The notes beneath the pieces were generated by a model. The model was not told the origin of the DNA. It ran no database searches and worked only from the letters and a program-made list of their open reading frames with translations. Positions 41,767 through 51,789 of a stretch of DNA of 64,000 bases are shown one piece after another; position 1 is the stretch's first letter, and every line of letters starts with the position of its first letter. The DNA is from Porphyridium purpureum (Eukaryota): contig VRMN01000003.1 in assembly GCA_008690995.1 (NCBI GenBank), forward strand, positions 868,001 through 932,000, read 5' to 3'. Both the position numbers and the translations under genes were made by a program.

Positions 41767-42371
41767 GCTGGCAATGCACCCAGCAAGCCGCCAATTCCAG
41801 CGCCCGTTCTCGCGTCTGCTTCCGCAGGTGCTTACCAGCCACCAGACTAGAATGTCTCGTCTCCGCGCGCGCCACACACACACACACCTCCCTCTCCCTC
41901 TCCGCGCGGCGTCGGTCTCTTCGCGCTCTCACACACCACCGCCCTCCTGCGCCACCTTCCCATCCACACCACCAAACGCCTGCTCCAAACGAAATCGCAA
42001 CCGTACCACACAACGGCCACTGTACACTACACGCACAAGTATAGCAAATAAGCCTGCCTGTACCACGAACTGCGCTTATTCCGCGTCTTTCACGGTTTTT
42101 TTAAGGGGAAAATATTTTTTTAATATTAAAGATTTGGTTTATTTTAACATTGTACGAGGAGAGGTGAAGAACGTGCGAGAAGAGGCTTGGGGAAGATGGT
42201 GAGTTGGTCTTGGTGTGTGTGGGTCGGTGGGTTGCGCGCTGTGCGGTGTGCTTCGCGGCAAGTGCGTTGATCGCGTGGGCCCAGTGCGCTCGTGGAAAGT
42301 TTTGATACAGTGGAGCGCAGTGCGGCGCGGGGTTTTACGCGTTGGGGTTGGAGGACAAGTCGACAACGCTC

Positions 42372-44411
42372 ATGGAGCAGCTCTCGGCATACGTGAATCA
42401 GCGCGCGGCGCTGGATCGGTCGCTCTTTGTTTTGGATGACGAGGACGCGCTTGCGTACGTGCATAGTAGTGGGACTGACAGAGATCCGGATCATCAGCTC
42501 CAGCAAGCGCAGGTCTGGAAAGTGCTCGTGTATGACGAGAATGGACGCGATATCCTGGCGCCGCTCATGCGGCTGTCGGAACTGCGGAAGCGCGGAGTGA
42601 CGCTGCACCTTTTTATTAGTACAAAGCGGCAGCCCATCCCGGACGTGCCGGCCGTCTACTTTGTCGCGCCGTCGGAGGAAAACGTGCGCAGAATATGCGA
42701 GGACTACGCCGCACAGCTGTATGATTCCATGTACATCAACTTCACGACAAGCATATCGCGGCCGCTACTGGAGATGCTGGCCGAGCGCGTGGCGGCGGTC
42801 AAAAGCTCCTCGTCCAAGATTGCGCGAGTCCTGGACATGCATTGCAATTTCGTCTCGCTCGAGGCGGACTTATTCTCGCTAAACATTCGTGAATCGTACA
42901 AATCTCTGAATGACCCGCATTTGTCAGATAAGCAAGTTGAGGCAAGTTTGGAGGTCGTCATTTCTGGCCTCATGTCTGTTCTAGTCACCATGGGCACCAT
43001 ACCGGTCATTCGCGCCCAGCGTGGAGGTGCGGCCGAAATGGTGGCATCCCTTCTGTGTGACAGGATTCGAGAAAATGCGACTGGCCGTCTGAATCTATTC
43101 GCCGAGGCGTCTCGAAGAACGCACGCAACCGGCGTGGATCGACCTATCTTGGTGATTTTGGACCGTAATGTGGACTTGCCCGTCATGCTTCATCACACAT
43201 GGACGTATCAGGCGCTTGCGCATGATGTGTTAACCTTGGAGTTAAATCGAGTGACTGTTACGGACCGCAGCACTTCCGAAAGCGGAACAGCGACGGCCTC
43301 AAGTCGCAGTTTCGATCTGGATAGCTCAGACTTTTTTTGGGCAGAGAATGCAGGTAAGCCGTTTCCAAAGGTCGCCGAAGCGGTCGAAAGTGCGCTGGCA
43401 GCTTACAAAAGAGATGTAGAGGAAGTTAACAGGCAAGCAGGCGCTGTGGGCAATCTCTTGGATGAAGCAAACTTGAATGAAGTGGCCAAGTCCAATCCGA
43501 GTGCAACCAGCGACCTCGCACGTGCGATCGCGCAGCTCCCAGAACTTCGGAAAAGAAAGCAAACCATTGACATGCACACAAACTTGGCAACAGCGCTGCT
43601 GGATCAAATCAAAGACCGCGGACTTGACGGGTACTTCCAGGTAGAAGATCAAATCATGTCATCGAAATCGGTAGCCAAGGAGGCAGTTTTCGAGCGCCTG
43701 AATGCCGGCAAGGGCTCGCTTCTGGACAAATTGCGGTTGCTTCTGATCTATTACATTCTGCAGACAGAGGAGTCTCGCGCAGCGGTAGATGAGTTGAGAG
43801 CGAGCTTAGAAAGCAAAGGGTGCACGGATGTGACCGCGCTCGACTACGTGAAGAGCATCGCTGCATTCACAGCTGTGCTGAAAGCCGCGCCCGCTGCGCC
43901 AGTCCAGCCAAGCTCACTGCAGCAGAAAGCTTCGTCTCAGTTGGAGAGCGTGATGTCGTCTGTGGTGCAGCACGGCGTCAAGGGACTAACACAGGTAGCG
44001 CAGAATTTTAACAAGCTGATGATTGAGGAAGACAAGGCACTTGCGGCCTCGCGCATGCTAGATGCGCTGATGGAGAACAAGCAGAGTGAGCTGACTAGTG
44101 ACTTTCGGTACTTTGACCCCAAGGCACCTCGTGGACAGCACAACCGCGCGCCAATCATGGACTCGACGTCCGGGGAGCACGCCCGAAAGCCATTCAGGAG
44201 CGCGATTTTGTTTGTTGTGGGCGGAGGGAACTACGTTGAGTACCAGAATATCAAAGATCATTTGAAGCCTGGACGATCGGTGTTGTATGGGTCGACCGAG
44301 ATTTGTAATAGCGAGCAGTTTGTAAGGCAACTGGGCGCGTTGGGCGCCAGCTTAAATCCTGCGCCCAAACCCGTGCCTTCAGCGGGAGCAAAGCCAGGTG
44401 CAGCACAGTAG
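42372..44411 (+). CDS. SLY1: Sec1/Munc18 family protein SLY1
   Basis: VWKVLVYD, GVTLHL, PIPDVPAVYFV, HHTWTYQAL, IDMHTNLATALL, VGGGNYVEYQN. Confidence 0.95.
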   Translation: MEQLSAYVNQRAALDRSLFVLDDEDALAYVHSSGTDRDPDHQLQQAQVWKVLVYDENGRDILAPLMRLSELRKRGVTLHLFISTKRQPIPDVPAVYFVAPSEENVRRICEDYAAQLYDSMYINFTTSISRPLLEMLAERVAAVKSSSSKIARVLDMHCNFVSLEADLFSLNIRESYKSLNDPHLSDKQVEASLEVVISGLMSVLVTMGTIPVIRAQRGGAAEMVASLLCDRIRENATGRLNLFAEASRRTHATGVDRPILVILDRNVDLPVMLHHTWTYQALAHDVLTLELNRVTVTDRSTSESGTATASSRSFDLDSSDFFWAENAGKPFPKVAEAVESALAAYKRDVEEVNRQAGAVGNLLDEANLNEVAKSNPSATSDLARAIAQLPELRKRKQTIDMHTNLATALLDQIKDRGLDGYFQVEDQIMSSKSVAKEAVFERLNAGKGSLLDKLRLLLIYYILQTEESRAAVDELRASLESKGCTDVTALDYVKSIAAFTAVLKAAPAAPVQPSSLQQKASSQLESVMSSVVQHGVKGLTQVAQNFNKLMIEEDKALAASRMLDALMENKQSELTSDFRYFDPKAPRGQHNRAPIMDSTSGEHARKPFRSAILFVVGGGNYVEYQNIKDHLKPGRSVLYGSTEICNSEQFVRQLGALGASLNPAPKPVPSAGAKPGAAQ

Positions 44412-44451
44412 GAACCCGGTGCTTCTCGAGGAGAAATTACGGTGCGTTTAA

Positions 44452-46317
44452 TTACATGTGTGGAATCGAGAGCATGCGAAGGCGCTCGTCCGCATCAATT
44501 TCGCTCATGTACTCCTGCAAAGTTGCTTTTGACACATCGCACTGTGCTACAAGCAGGCACGCTCGGCGCCGGCTGACGCCAGAAATAGCTTTGAGCACCG
44601 TGTCATTGAGGTGTCTCAATGCCTCGTCAGACTTGAGCCGTCGCTGAACATCCAATTGCCCATGTTCGCCATTGTCATCTGCCAGAACGCCCACGTCTAT
44701 CGCGTGATCGCACTCAGGAAAGCGCCACGCAATGTGAGGTTTCAGCCCCCTGCGCGGAAGAATGCGGTTTCCGGCGGGTGTAATGTAGTTGGCTATGGTA
44801 AGCGACAGGCCAGAGGAGTCCTCAAGCTCCATGATTGCCTGCACGGAACCTTTCCCAAAAGTTCGTGTACCGATAAGCACCGCACGACAATTTTCCACTA
44901 AAGCCGCTGCAAAAATCTCGCTGGCTGACGCGCTAAAAGAGTCGACCAGAATGAACATGGGAACGGAAGGCTGGATGGAGCGCTGCGATCGAAACGCCGA
45001 GAACCAGTTGGTTGTTTCAGTCGGGAGCTTTTCAAATTCGCGGGACTCAAAACTGACAATGCGCCGGCGTGGATACGGCAAAAACATTCTGCTAAGCGCA
45101 ATGGCTTCGTCCAGCACGCCTCCAACATTACCTCGCACGTCAACCACATAAGCATGAGGCGGCTCCAGTTTGTGTGCATGGCCCGGTCCTCCATTGACAC
45201 TGGCGGCGAGCATTCTTTTTGCCCGTTGTTCGAGGGTCCGTAGCGTTCGAGCAACCTCCTTTGACGTACCCGTTCGGAACTCACGCACGCGAAGATACAC
45301 GACGCGCTTTCGTGTTTCATCCGCGTCGGTCATTGTCATGTTGAGACCCGACACACTCGGTATTTGGATTTCGCGTCGAACGAGCTTAATCAGGCGCGAA
45401 TCCTTGGACGTATCGGTGGAAAAAGAAGTGGTCACTCGCACTTCTACCGACTGTCCCACTCGGCCGAGCATCAGTTCACGAGCCTGATCAACATCCAATG
45501 GCTTGACACTAGTACCATTGATTTCGACAATGCCGTTGCCGCTACGGATACCGCCTCGATGTGCGGGACTCGATTCCAGCACTCCGTCTACGAAAAGATA
45601 TCCGGACTTTAAGTCCTTTGAAAATACAATACCTATGCCGATAAGACATCCGTCAAGGTCGCCCTTCATGTTCGTGAGTTCCTCTGGTCGGAGATAGCGC
45701 GAAAAGGGGTCGCCAAGCTGGCTGACTGCCCAGCTCATCGCCATGTGATACTGCTCTTTCGTTTCAAACTCCATGCGAGACACCTTCTTGCGTACGGCCT
45801 CCCATCCAGGTGACGCGAGCTTTTTGTGGTCTACAAAACTCTCCGAAATGATTTCCAGAATATCGTTCGCCGACTGCCAAAATTTTTCTTTGCCCAGCGA
45901 TGGCACGTTTTGTGAGACTGACTCACAGCTTTTCGGCTCTTTTACCGCTCCCGGAAGACCATTGTCGGCTTGAGTGTTTGGGTCCCCATGAGCAAGTATC
46001 CGTTTGATCGACTTTCCTTTTCGTTTGTTGGGTATTCTCGAAGTCACTGTAGAAACAGGCGCTGGACTTGCAGATACCAGACGGACCCCCCAAGGCGAAC
46101 GGCGTAATCCACCAAAGACTAGTGCCCAGCACACAAACACAATCGCAAGAAGACTGCGTCGTCTGTCTTGCCTGCCGCCTTCCTTGCCACCGGTGCCTTG
46201 CCGGGAGTGCGAGCACGAAAGCACACTGCGACGCCTTCTCCTACTGGATCGCACTGGATGCGCGATGATTTGACCGCTCAGCTGCCTTTCGAGCGACGGG
46301 GCCACAATAAACCCCAT
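44452..46317 (-). CDS. ctpA: C-terminal processing peptidase (S41, CtpA-like) with PDZ, plastid
   Basis: LGDPFSRYL, PDZ GIGI, DVRGNVGG, catalytic SASASEI and TFGKGSVQ. Confidence 0.88.
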   Translation of the reverse strand: MGFIVAPSLERQLSGQIIAHPVRSSRRRRRSVLSCSHSRQGTGGKEGGRQDRRRSLLAIVFVCWALVFGGLRRSPWGVRLVSASPAPVSTVTSRIPNKRKGKSIKRILAHGDPNTQADNGLPGAVKEPKSCESVSQNVPSLGKEKFWQSANDILEIISESFVDHKKLASPGWEAVRKKVSRMEFETKEQYHMAMSWAVSQLGDPFSRYLRPEELTNMKGDLDGCLIGIGIVFSKDLKSGYLFVDGVLESSPAHRGGIRSGNGIVEINGTSVKPLDVDQARELMLGRVGQSVEVRVTTSFSTDTSKDSRLIKLVRREIQIPSVSGLNMTMTDADETRKRVVYLRVREFRTGTSKEVARTLRTLEQRAKRMLAASVNGGPGHAHKLEPPHAYVVDVRGNVGGVLDEAIALSRMFLPYPRRRIVSFESREFEKLPTETTNWFSAFRSQRSIQPSVPMFILVDSFSASASEIFAAALVENCRAVLIGTRTFGKGSVQAIMELEDSSGLSLTIANYITPAGNRILPRRGLKPHIAWRFPECDHAIDVGVLADDNGEHGQLDVQRRLKSDEALRHLNDTVLKAISGVSRRRACLLVAQCDVSKATLQEYMSEIDADERLRMLSIPHM

Positions 46318-46442
46318 GACTTGTGTCACTCAAGCCTTCTCTTCTGTGCCGCTGCAAAGCACGACACAAATGATAAACCGAGCGGCAAGCGGCGAGAGGC
46401 ACGATCACATGGATTGGAGAAAGCCTTACCAAGTAAAGAGCG

Positions 46443-47735
46443 ATGAGGTTTAGTGCGGGTGTGGCGCTATTCTCTGTCGTGGTGCTTATCTTGGTGGCCT
46501 TCGTGCTTCATAATGTCACGCACAAGGACAATCACAAGCAGCTCCTTGATGTGGCTCTCGAACAGATGGAGATCGATGGGCATGGGCGTGAATCCCAGCG
46601 GAGTGGTGCAAACTTATCGAGAGGATCGGTTGCGGTGTCTGTTTTGAAAGGCTCGCGAAGGCTGTGTATGGCTGACAAGCTGATGGACTTTCCGGCTCCG
46701 TCGCCAAAAGTGCGGTCAGAGATTGAGGCTTTGCTTGCGCGTGCAGATAACTCGACGGGCACTGACACAGGCAGCCGACAGGCCAGTGGCGTTCACACAA
46801 GCAGTCTAAGCCCTGCGATCGACGTGGATGCGGCTTTGATGGCCATGCAGTTCTCCAATGCGATCATGTCTGCGTCCGAGACAAGCGCGTGCCTTGGCGG
46901 AAGCGACGAATTACGTGCTTGGTGTGGATCGGTAATTTGGTCCATTCACGACCTGTTTTCAGACACATTTGCGTGCTCCCTTCGGAATCTCGAAAGCTCT
47001 GTTTTTGTTGACGTCGGTGTAGGCGCAGCGCGCGACAGTCTTTCGTTCTTTCCCTTCGTAGCGCAGGTCGTCGGGTTTGAACCGGGTCCGCGGGATCTCA
47101 TGGATGAGGCCATTGCAAATTTTGGCCACCGTTTTCTGGCGCATGGCGAGGACGCGCGAGGAATGGAATTTTCTTGGGACCGGTATACGCTGCTACCCTT
47201 TGCTGTGTCGGATGTAGAGCTTCAGATTGGCACGCTGTCGCATGCAGTGAATGAATCGTCTGCGCGCACATTGAGTGCAAATGCGGCTCTGCGGCGTTGG
47301 TATGAAGAAGAATTGAGCTTCGTGACCGCGTGGCGTGAAGAGCATGTCCGTGTGGTGACTCTCGACGGGGCCCTTGGGAGTGATTTGGCACGTGATGCTC
47401 GGATCATTCTGAATATAGATGCCGAGGGGCACGAATTACATGTACTTCGCGGCGCCGCGGGCCTTTTGGCTTCACGGCGTGTCAAGCATATTGCACTTGA
47501 GTTTTGGCCGCACGGACTTGCGTTGAACAACGCGAAAGATGCGGCATCACAAGAAGCTGCGCAGGAAACGCTTGAGCTGATCCGTTCGTACGGCTTTGTA
47601 TGCCACGTACCCGATGCGCTGAGGTCTTTTACTGGATCACTTGCCGCAGCTCTGAGCAACAGGCTCATACATCCGCGCAAGTCAACTCGCGTGTGGTGCG
47701 CTTTGCCGGGCGAGCTCCGACTGGCGCTGGTTTAA
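46443..47735 (+). CDS. FkbM-family SAM methyltransferase with N-terminal membrane anchor
   Basis: FVDVGVG, VVGFEP, VVTLDG, NIDAEGHELHVLRGA and ALEFWP, after a hydrophobic N-terminus. Confidence 0.82.
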   Translation: MRFSAGVALFSVVVLILVAFVLHNVTHKDNHKQLLDVALEQMEIDGHGRESQRSGANLSRGSVAVSVLKGSRRLCMADKLMDFPAPSPKVRSEIEALLARADNSTGTDTGSRQASGVHTSSLSPAIDVDAALMAMQFSNAIMSASETSACLGGSDELRAWCGSVIWSIHDLFSDTFACSLRNLESSVFVDVGVGAARDSLSFFPFVAQVVGFEPGPRDLMDEAIANFGHRFLAHGEDARGMEFSWDRYTLLPFAVSDVELQIGTLSHAVNESSARTLSANAALRRWYEEELSFVTAWREEHVRVVTLDGALGSDLARDARIILNIDAEGHELHVLRGAAGLLASRRVKHIALEFWPHGLALNNAKDAASQEAAQETLELIRSYGFVCHVPDALRSFTGSLAAALSNRLIHPRKSTRVWCALPGELRLALV

Positions 47736-48033
47736 TGTGCCTTCACCAACGGGCTTTGGCATTTGGAAACCGGCATCAAGAGGTCGCTCAGCACTCCATT
47801 GAGCTAGAGAGGAGCTGCCGTGACGGCGCTCCAACGTGATGTCGTAGCCACGCAGCCGGGTTGCAGCCGTCCATGCCCGAACGCATCAGCGCCGCCCGTG
47901 CCGTCATGGAAACCCTAAGCTATAGGGTACAGCGCTGTACAGTTCCTTTGGGAACGGACGTCGGGCGATGCTTGTTCCGAGCCCGAGCAAGGAAAACTCG
48001 AGCGAGGTTCTTGGCAAGGCGTGCCGTTGCATC

Positions 48034-48636
48034 ATGGCGGAAGACGAAGCGGAGCGCGCAATCGTAGCGCTGGAGGATCAGATGGCCAAGCTCGAGCAGA
48101 TGATTCCAGAGGTGCGCCGGATGGCGGCGCAGTACGACGAGGAGCAAAAGGCAATTGACGCGGGCGACGCCGGCGGCCGCGCAGTCTCCCGCTCGATTTC
48201 TCATGTTGAAGGCGCATTTGCCCACGCAGCGCTTGCATATACCGTCAACTCACTTTTCTACATATGCGCTCGTGCACAAGGTGCAAACTTGGCGTCGCAC
48301 CCTGTGATGGGCGAGGTCAGTAGAGTCAAGGCTCTGTTTGCGCGCTTGAAGGCGCTAGAAAATTCTAGACCAGAAACGGCGAAGCAGCCTGAGGATAAAG
48401 GGTCCAAGGAAAAGAGAGATCCTCAGGAAAGTGCGCTCGCCGGGCTGCGGCCAGAGTCGCCTCAACAGGTGCAACATCTCCCGCCAAGGTCCGACAAGAA
48501 GAAGGTGAAAGATGTCTCGCACGAGCGAGGTGGAGTGGATGACTTGCTCAAGCCAAAGGGCGCGATTGACAAGGCGGAAAAGAAGAGGAAGAAGGAGAGA
48601 AAGGAGAAAAAGTCAAAAACAGGGCGGAAAAAGTAG
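48034..48636 (+). CDS. C1D: C1D/Rrp47 nuclear exosome cofactor
   Basis: LAYTVNSLFY..RAQG...HPVMGEVSRVK matches the Sas10/C1D domain. Lys-rich tail. Confidence 0.82.
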   Translation: MAEDEAERAIVALEDQMAKLEQMIPEVRRMAAQYDEEQKAIDAGDAGGRAVSRSISHVEGAFAHAALAYTVNSLFYICARAQGANLASHPVMGEVSRVKALFARLKALENSRPETAKQPEDKGSKEKRDPQESALAGLRPESPQQVQHLPPRSDKKKVKDVSHERGGVDDLLKPKGAIDKAEKKRKKERKEKKSKTGRKK

Positions 48637-50984
48637 TGACTGAAATACTGCCAAAAAAATGCGTCCACACGTTCTACTTTGGCCTGGGAAGAATCTCGTC
48701 GCTATCACTTTCAGCTAGATACGACATGTCAAGAGAGCAAGCGTCCGAGTCGAAGCATTCGGTTTCAGTATCAAAAGTGCCGGCGTCGCTCGCGGTATCA
48801 AGCGCGGCTCTGCCCTCGAACGCGTTGTGCGGCTCCCGCATGGATTGTACCGAGATGACCACCATGGCACACACCAGAATCATGAAGACCGAAAATGGGA
48901 CGAAAAGAGCGTGATCTGCGGCTGTGTCCAGAAAGTGGTCCATCATATAATAAAGAGTCAGCATTCAACTCGAGCTCACCACCTGAACCGTCTTCGTCCG
49001 CAGACGCCGTTCCCACCAGCTGCGCTTGAATGTTCGGTCACGCTCGGAGGACAACGAACAGCCTCAACACACATTCCTATCTTCCTTTCTCTCAGGCTCA
49101 ACATGGCGCTGGCGCTCGCGCCCACCAAAGCCGCGCACTCAGTGGCGTCGCCATCTTATGTATCCCAGACGCTTGCCCTGTCAAAGGCGGGGCCACGGGT
49201 GTCGCCGCTGCTGCCCATTCAAACTGCCACACGCCGCGTCCAACTGCTGCTGCAACCCCTGCCGCAGGAGGTACACCACACACTGTACATCTCCCTCTCG
49301 ATCAATGGGTTTGCGGGTGTACAGTTGCGTGTACGGTGTGCCTGCCTGCAAGCGCAACGAGCCGAGGCAGCGCTCTTGAACTCGTTGTGCGGCATCTGCG
49401 TGAGATGTTGTGGGATCGGGATGTGGCGCTGTGCCAGCGCGTGAATCAGAAAGCGCCACGCCGTACGGCCTCGCCGTGCTGAAGTGCGGCGCTGGATTCA
49501 TGCTGTTGCACTAGGAGGACCGCTTGAGCACACATGATGCGCAGGTCGAATGGAGAGGGCCGGCAAGGCGCACGGGTCGACGTTGATCTCGTCTACGTTT
49601 ACCCACGGACAGGGCGCCAGGTTTTGCGTTTCACAGATAGGCGCCTGCAGATGAGGCGGTGTCATGGCGGTCGCTTCGTGGATGCAGCTTGTGAAGCTGT
49701 TTGGCAGAAGATTCACAGAATGCACACACAGACCCCATCGGCATGCTGATCGACGCAGGTCTAAAGCTGGCAGCATTTCAAGGCATGGCAGGTGACCGAA
49801 GAGGCGGGATTATTGGGAGAACACAAGTACTTCGTTGCATAGCCGTCAAGGATACGAGTCCTGTCTAGGCGAGTGGAAATGGAATTGCACACCTTTGTCG
49901 TCGCTTTCGTGGTGGCCGTGCCTGTAGCTCACCTTGTGTCGATATTTTCTTCTCGTCATTTCGAAAGGCAAGGTGGAAAGGCGAAAGCGTCCGCCGTCAC
50001 CGAAGTGGGTTGAGCCGCAGCGTCTGTCATTTCCCACAACCGTCTGCCAGGCAAATAATGACCCACCGGGTCTCCGGTGAATTGATCCGACGGCAGGTCG
50101 GGTCTTGCACAAACACCGTATCAGATCTAACTATCGGGGAGCCTATGGCCGCATTGCTGACTCACTCGCGCGCGCCATGTTTACGTTCTTTGTATCAGTT
50201 TCATGGTTGGGCGACCCGACAACAGTTTGCCCGCGTCGACTCTGCGCCATCATGTCATCATGTTTCGGACAGTGAGGCAACGCTGGTCCAATCGGCTAGG
50301 ATGGCAAGCCTCGCCGCTATTCCGTTCGAAGAGGCTAAATTCAGCGTGGGGATGTTTTTCGACGCAGTGAATTCGTCGCAAGTGGTTTCGCATCTCTCCC
50401 ATCGCATCTGTGGATAGGCACTAACTTTTGGACGGGGTGAGTCGGCAGTCGTACACGAAGCGTCTAGCTGTCAAGGGCTACCATTTATGCGTGAGATTTC
50501 CTTCGCCGTGGTCGACATGGTAGCGCCAAAGATCGGTGAGGTTAGTGTTGCAGACGCCAAGATCCTGGTTGGGCAAAGCGCCTTCGTTGATGGGATTGTG
50601 ACCGACGCGCATTCAGACGGTGCGTGGGCCATCAATTATGGCGATGGAACCTGAGGCTTCGCGCGAAAACAGTAGTATGGGGCCGTTCGAGAATACGATG
50701 CGATGCTGGCGGCGTTGGAAGAGGTTGAGGACATTGTGAGTGCAAAGCGAACGACGAAAAACAGGCCAGGCGCTGGCTGAAAATGGCCGCTGTCCTCGTT
50801 TCCGTCATCTCACATGTCGCATCTTGTGGATAACAATACATTATATTCATAAGAACTCAAATGTTTCTAGCAGCCTCCTTTGCACTTGCACGGAAGCCGA
50901 AAGCAACTCTTGCTTCGTGCAGGTTGCCTGGCTTTTTGCACAAGCGTTTTCCCGGGGCATTGCCGTGCGGCAAAGATGCGCTAC

Positions 50985-51398
50985 TCAAAGCATACCTCTT
51001 CTTCCGGACAGCAAAAAGTCCTTTGCCTCATTAATTTTGGTGGCCAGCGCGGGGCTGCCGCCCGTGTCTGGGTGATTCAGGCGCATGAGCCGACGATGGG
51101 AATCCCGAATGGCATCCCGCGAAGCGCCTTCCCTGATGCCCAGCACTTTGAGGGCCTCTGCGCGTGTCATGTCTGCCTCGAACGGTCCTTGGTACGCCCG
51201 CGGAATTCTCGGCAGACCCCTTGCGGCGCCCATATTCGCGGCGCCCTTTGCGCCGGCGCCAAACGTGAGCCACGACGCGGCCTTGGCGCCCGCGGCCGCG
51301 CCCACGCCGCTGCCGCCGCCGCGCACCAGAATCAACGCCGCACGCCCCAGCATTGCGGCGCCCGCCACCGCTACTCCAGCTATTATAGGCGTCGCCAT
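50985..51398 (-). CDS. PAM18: Mitochondrial import motor J-protein Pam18/Tim14
   Basis: YQGPFEADMTRAEALKVLG and HRRLMRLNHPDTGGSPALATKINEAK. Confidence 0.93.
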   Translation of the reverse strand: MATPIIAGVAVAGAAMLGRAALILVRGGGSGVGAAAGAKAASWLTFGAGAKGAANMGAARGLPRIPRAYQGPFEADMTRAEALKVLGIREGASRDAIRDSHRRLMRLNHPDTGGSPALATKINEAKDFLLSGRRGML

Positions 51399-51436
51399 CT
51401 TCACGCAGTCACGCAAACTCGCCCAGACACACCCTT

Positions 51437-51460
51437 TCTCTCTCTCTCTCTCTCTCTCTC
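51437..51460. repeat. (CT)n microsatellite
   Basis: About 12 units just upstream of PAM18. Confidence 0.9.
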
Positions 51461-51789
51461 AGCCGCAGGCCACTTCCCACCTCATCCGCGGCAGACGCGT
51501 CCAGAAATCATCCTTTCACCAGCTGTACCGCGTCCTTCCATCGCTGTACCCACCAGCAAGGACATCGACTCGCAGCCCAGTTTGTCAAAGGCGGTTCTGT
51601 AGGGTTTCTCGCGTCAGAAAACCTAATGACGTGAGTGTACCTCGTCGCTGTACTTGAGGTTGCGGTTCACGCGCCGCGTACGCTGCGTGGCGCTGGCGGT
51701 GAGGGGGACGTCGAGGCGCAGGGAGAAAGGAAGAAGCCGTGCGGGCCTGGGCGGTGGAGACAAGCACGGGGGAAGAGGAGCACGGAGGA

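Noticed and set aside
5866..46317. OHP2, Deg1 and CtpA as a photosystem II repair cluster
   Set aside because: Spread over 40 kb among unrelated genes; compatible with chance.
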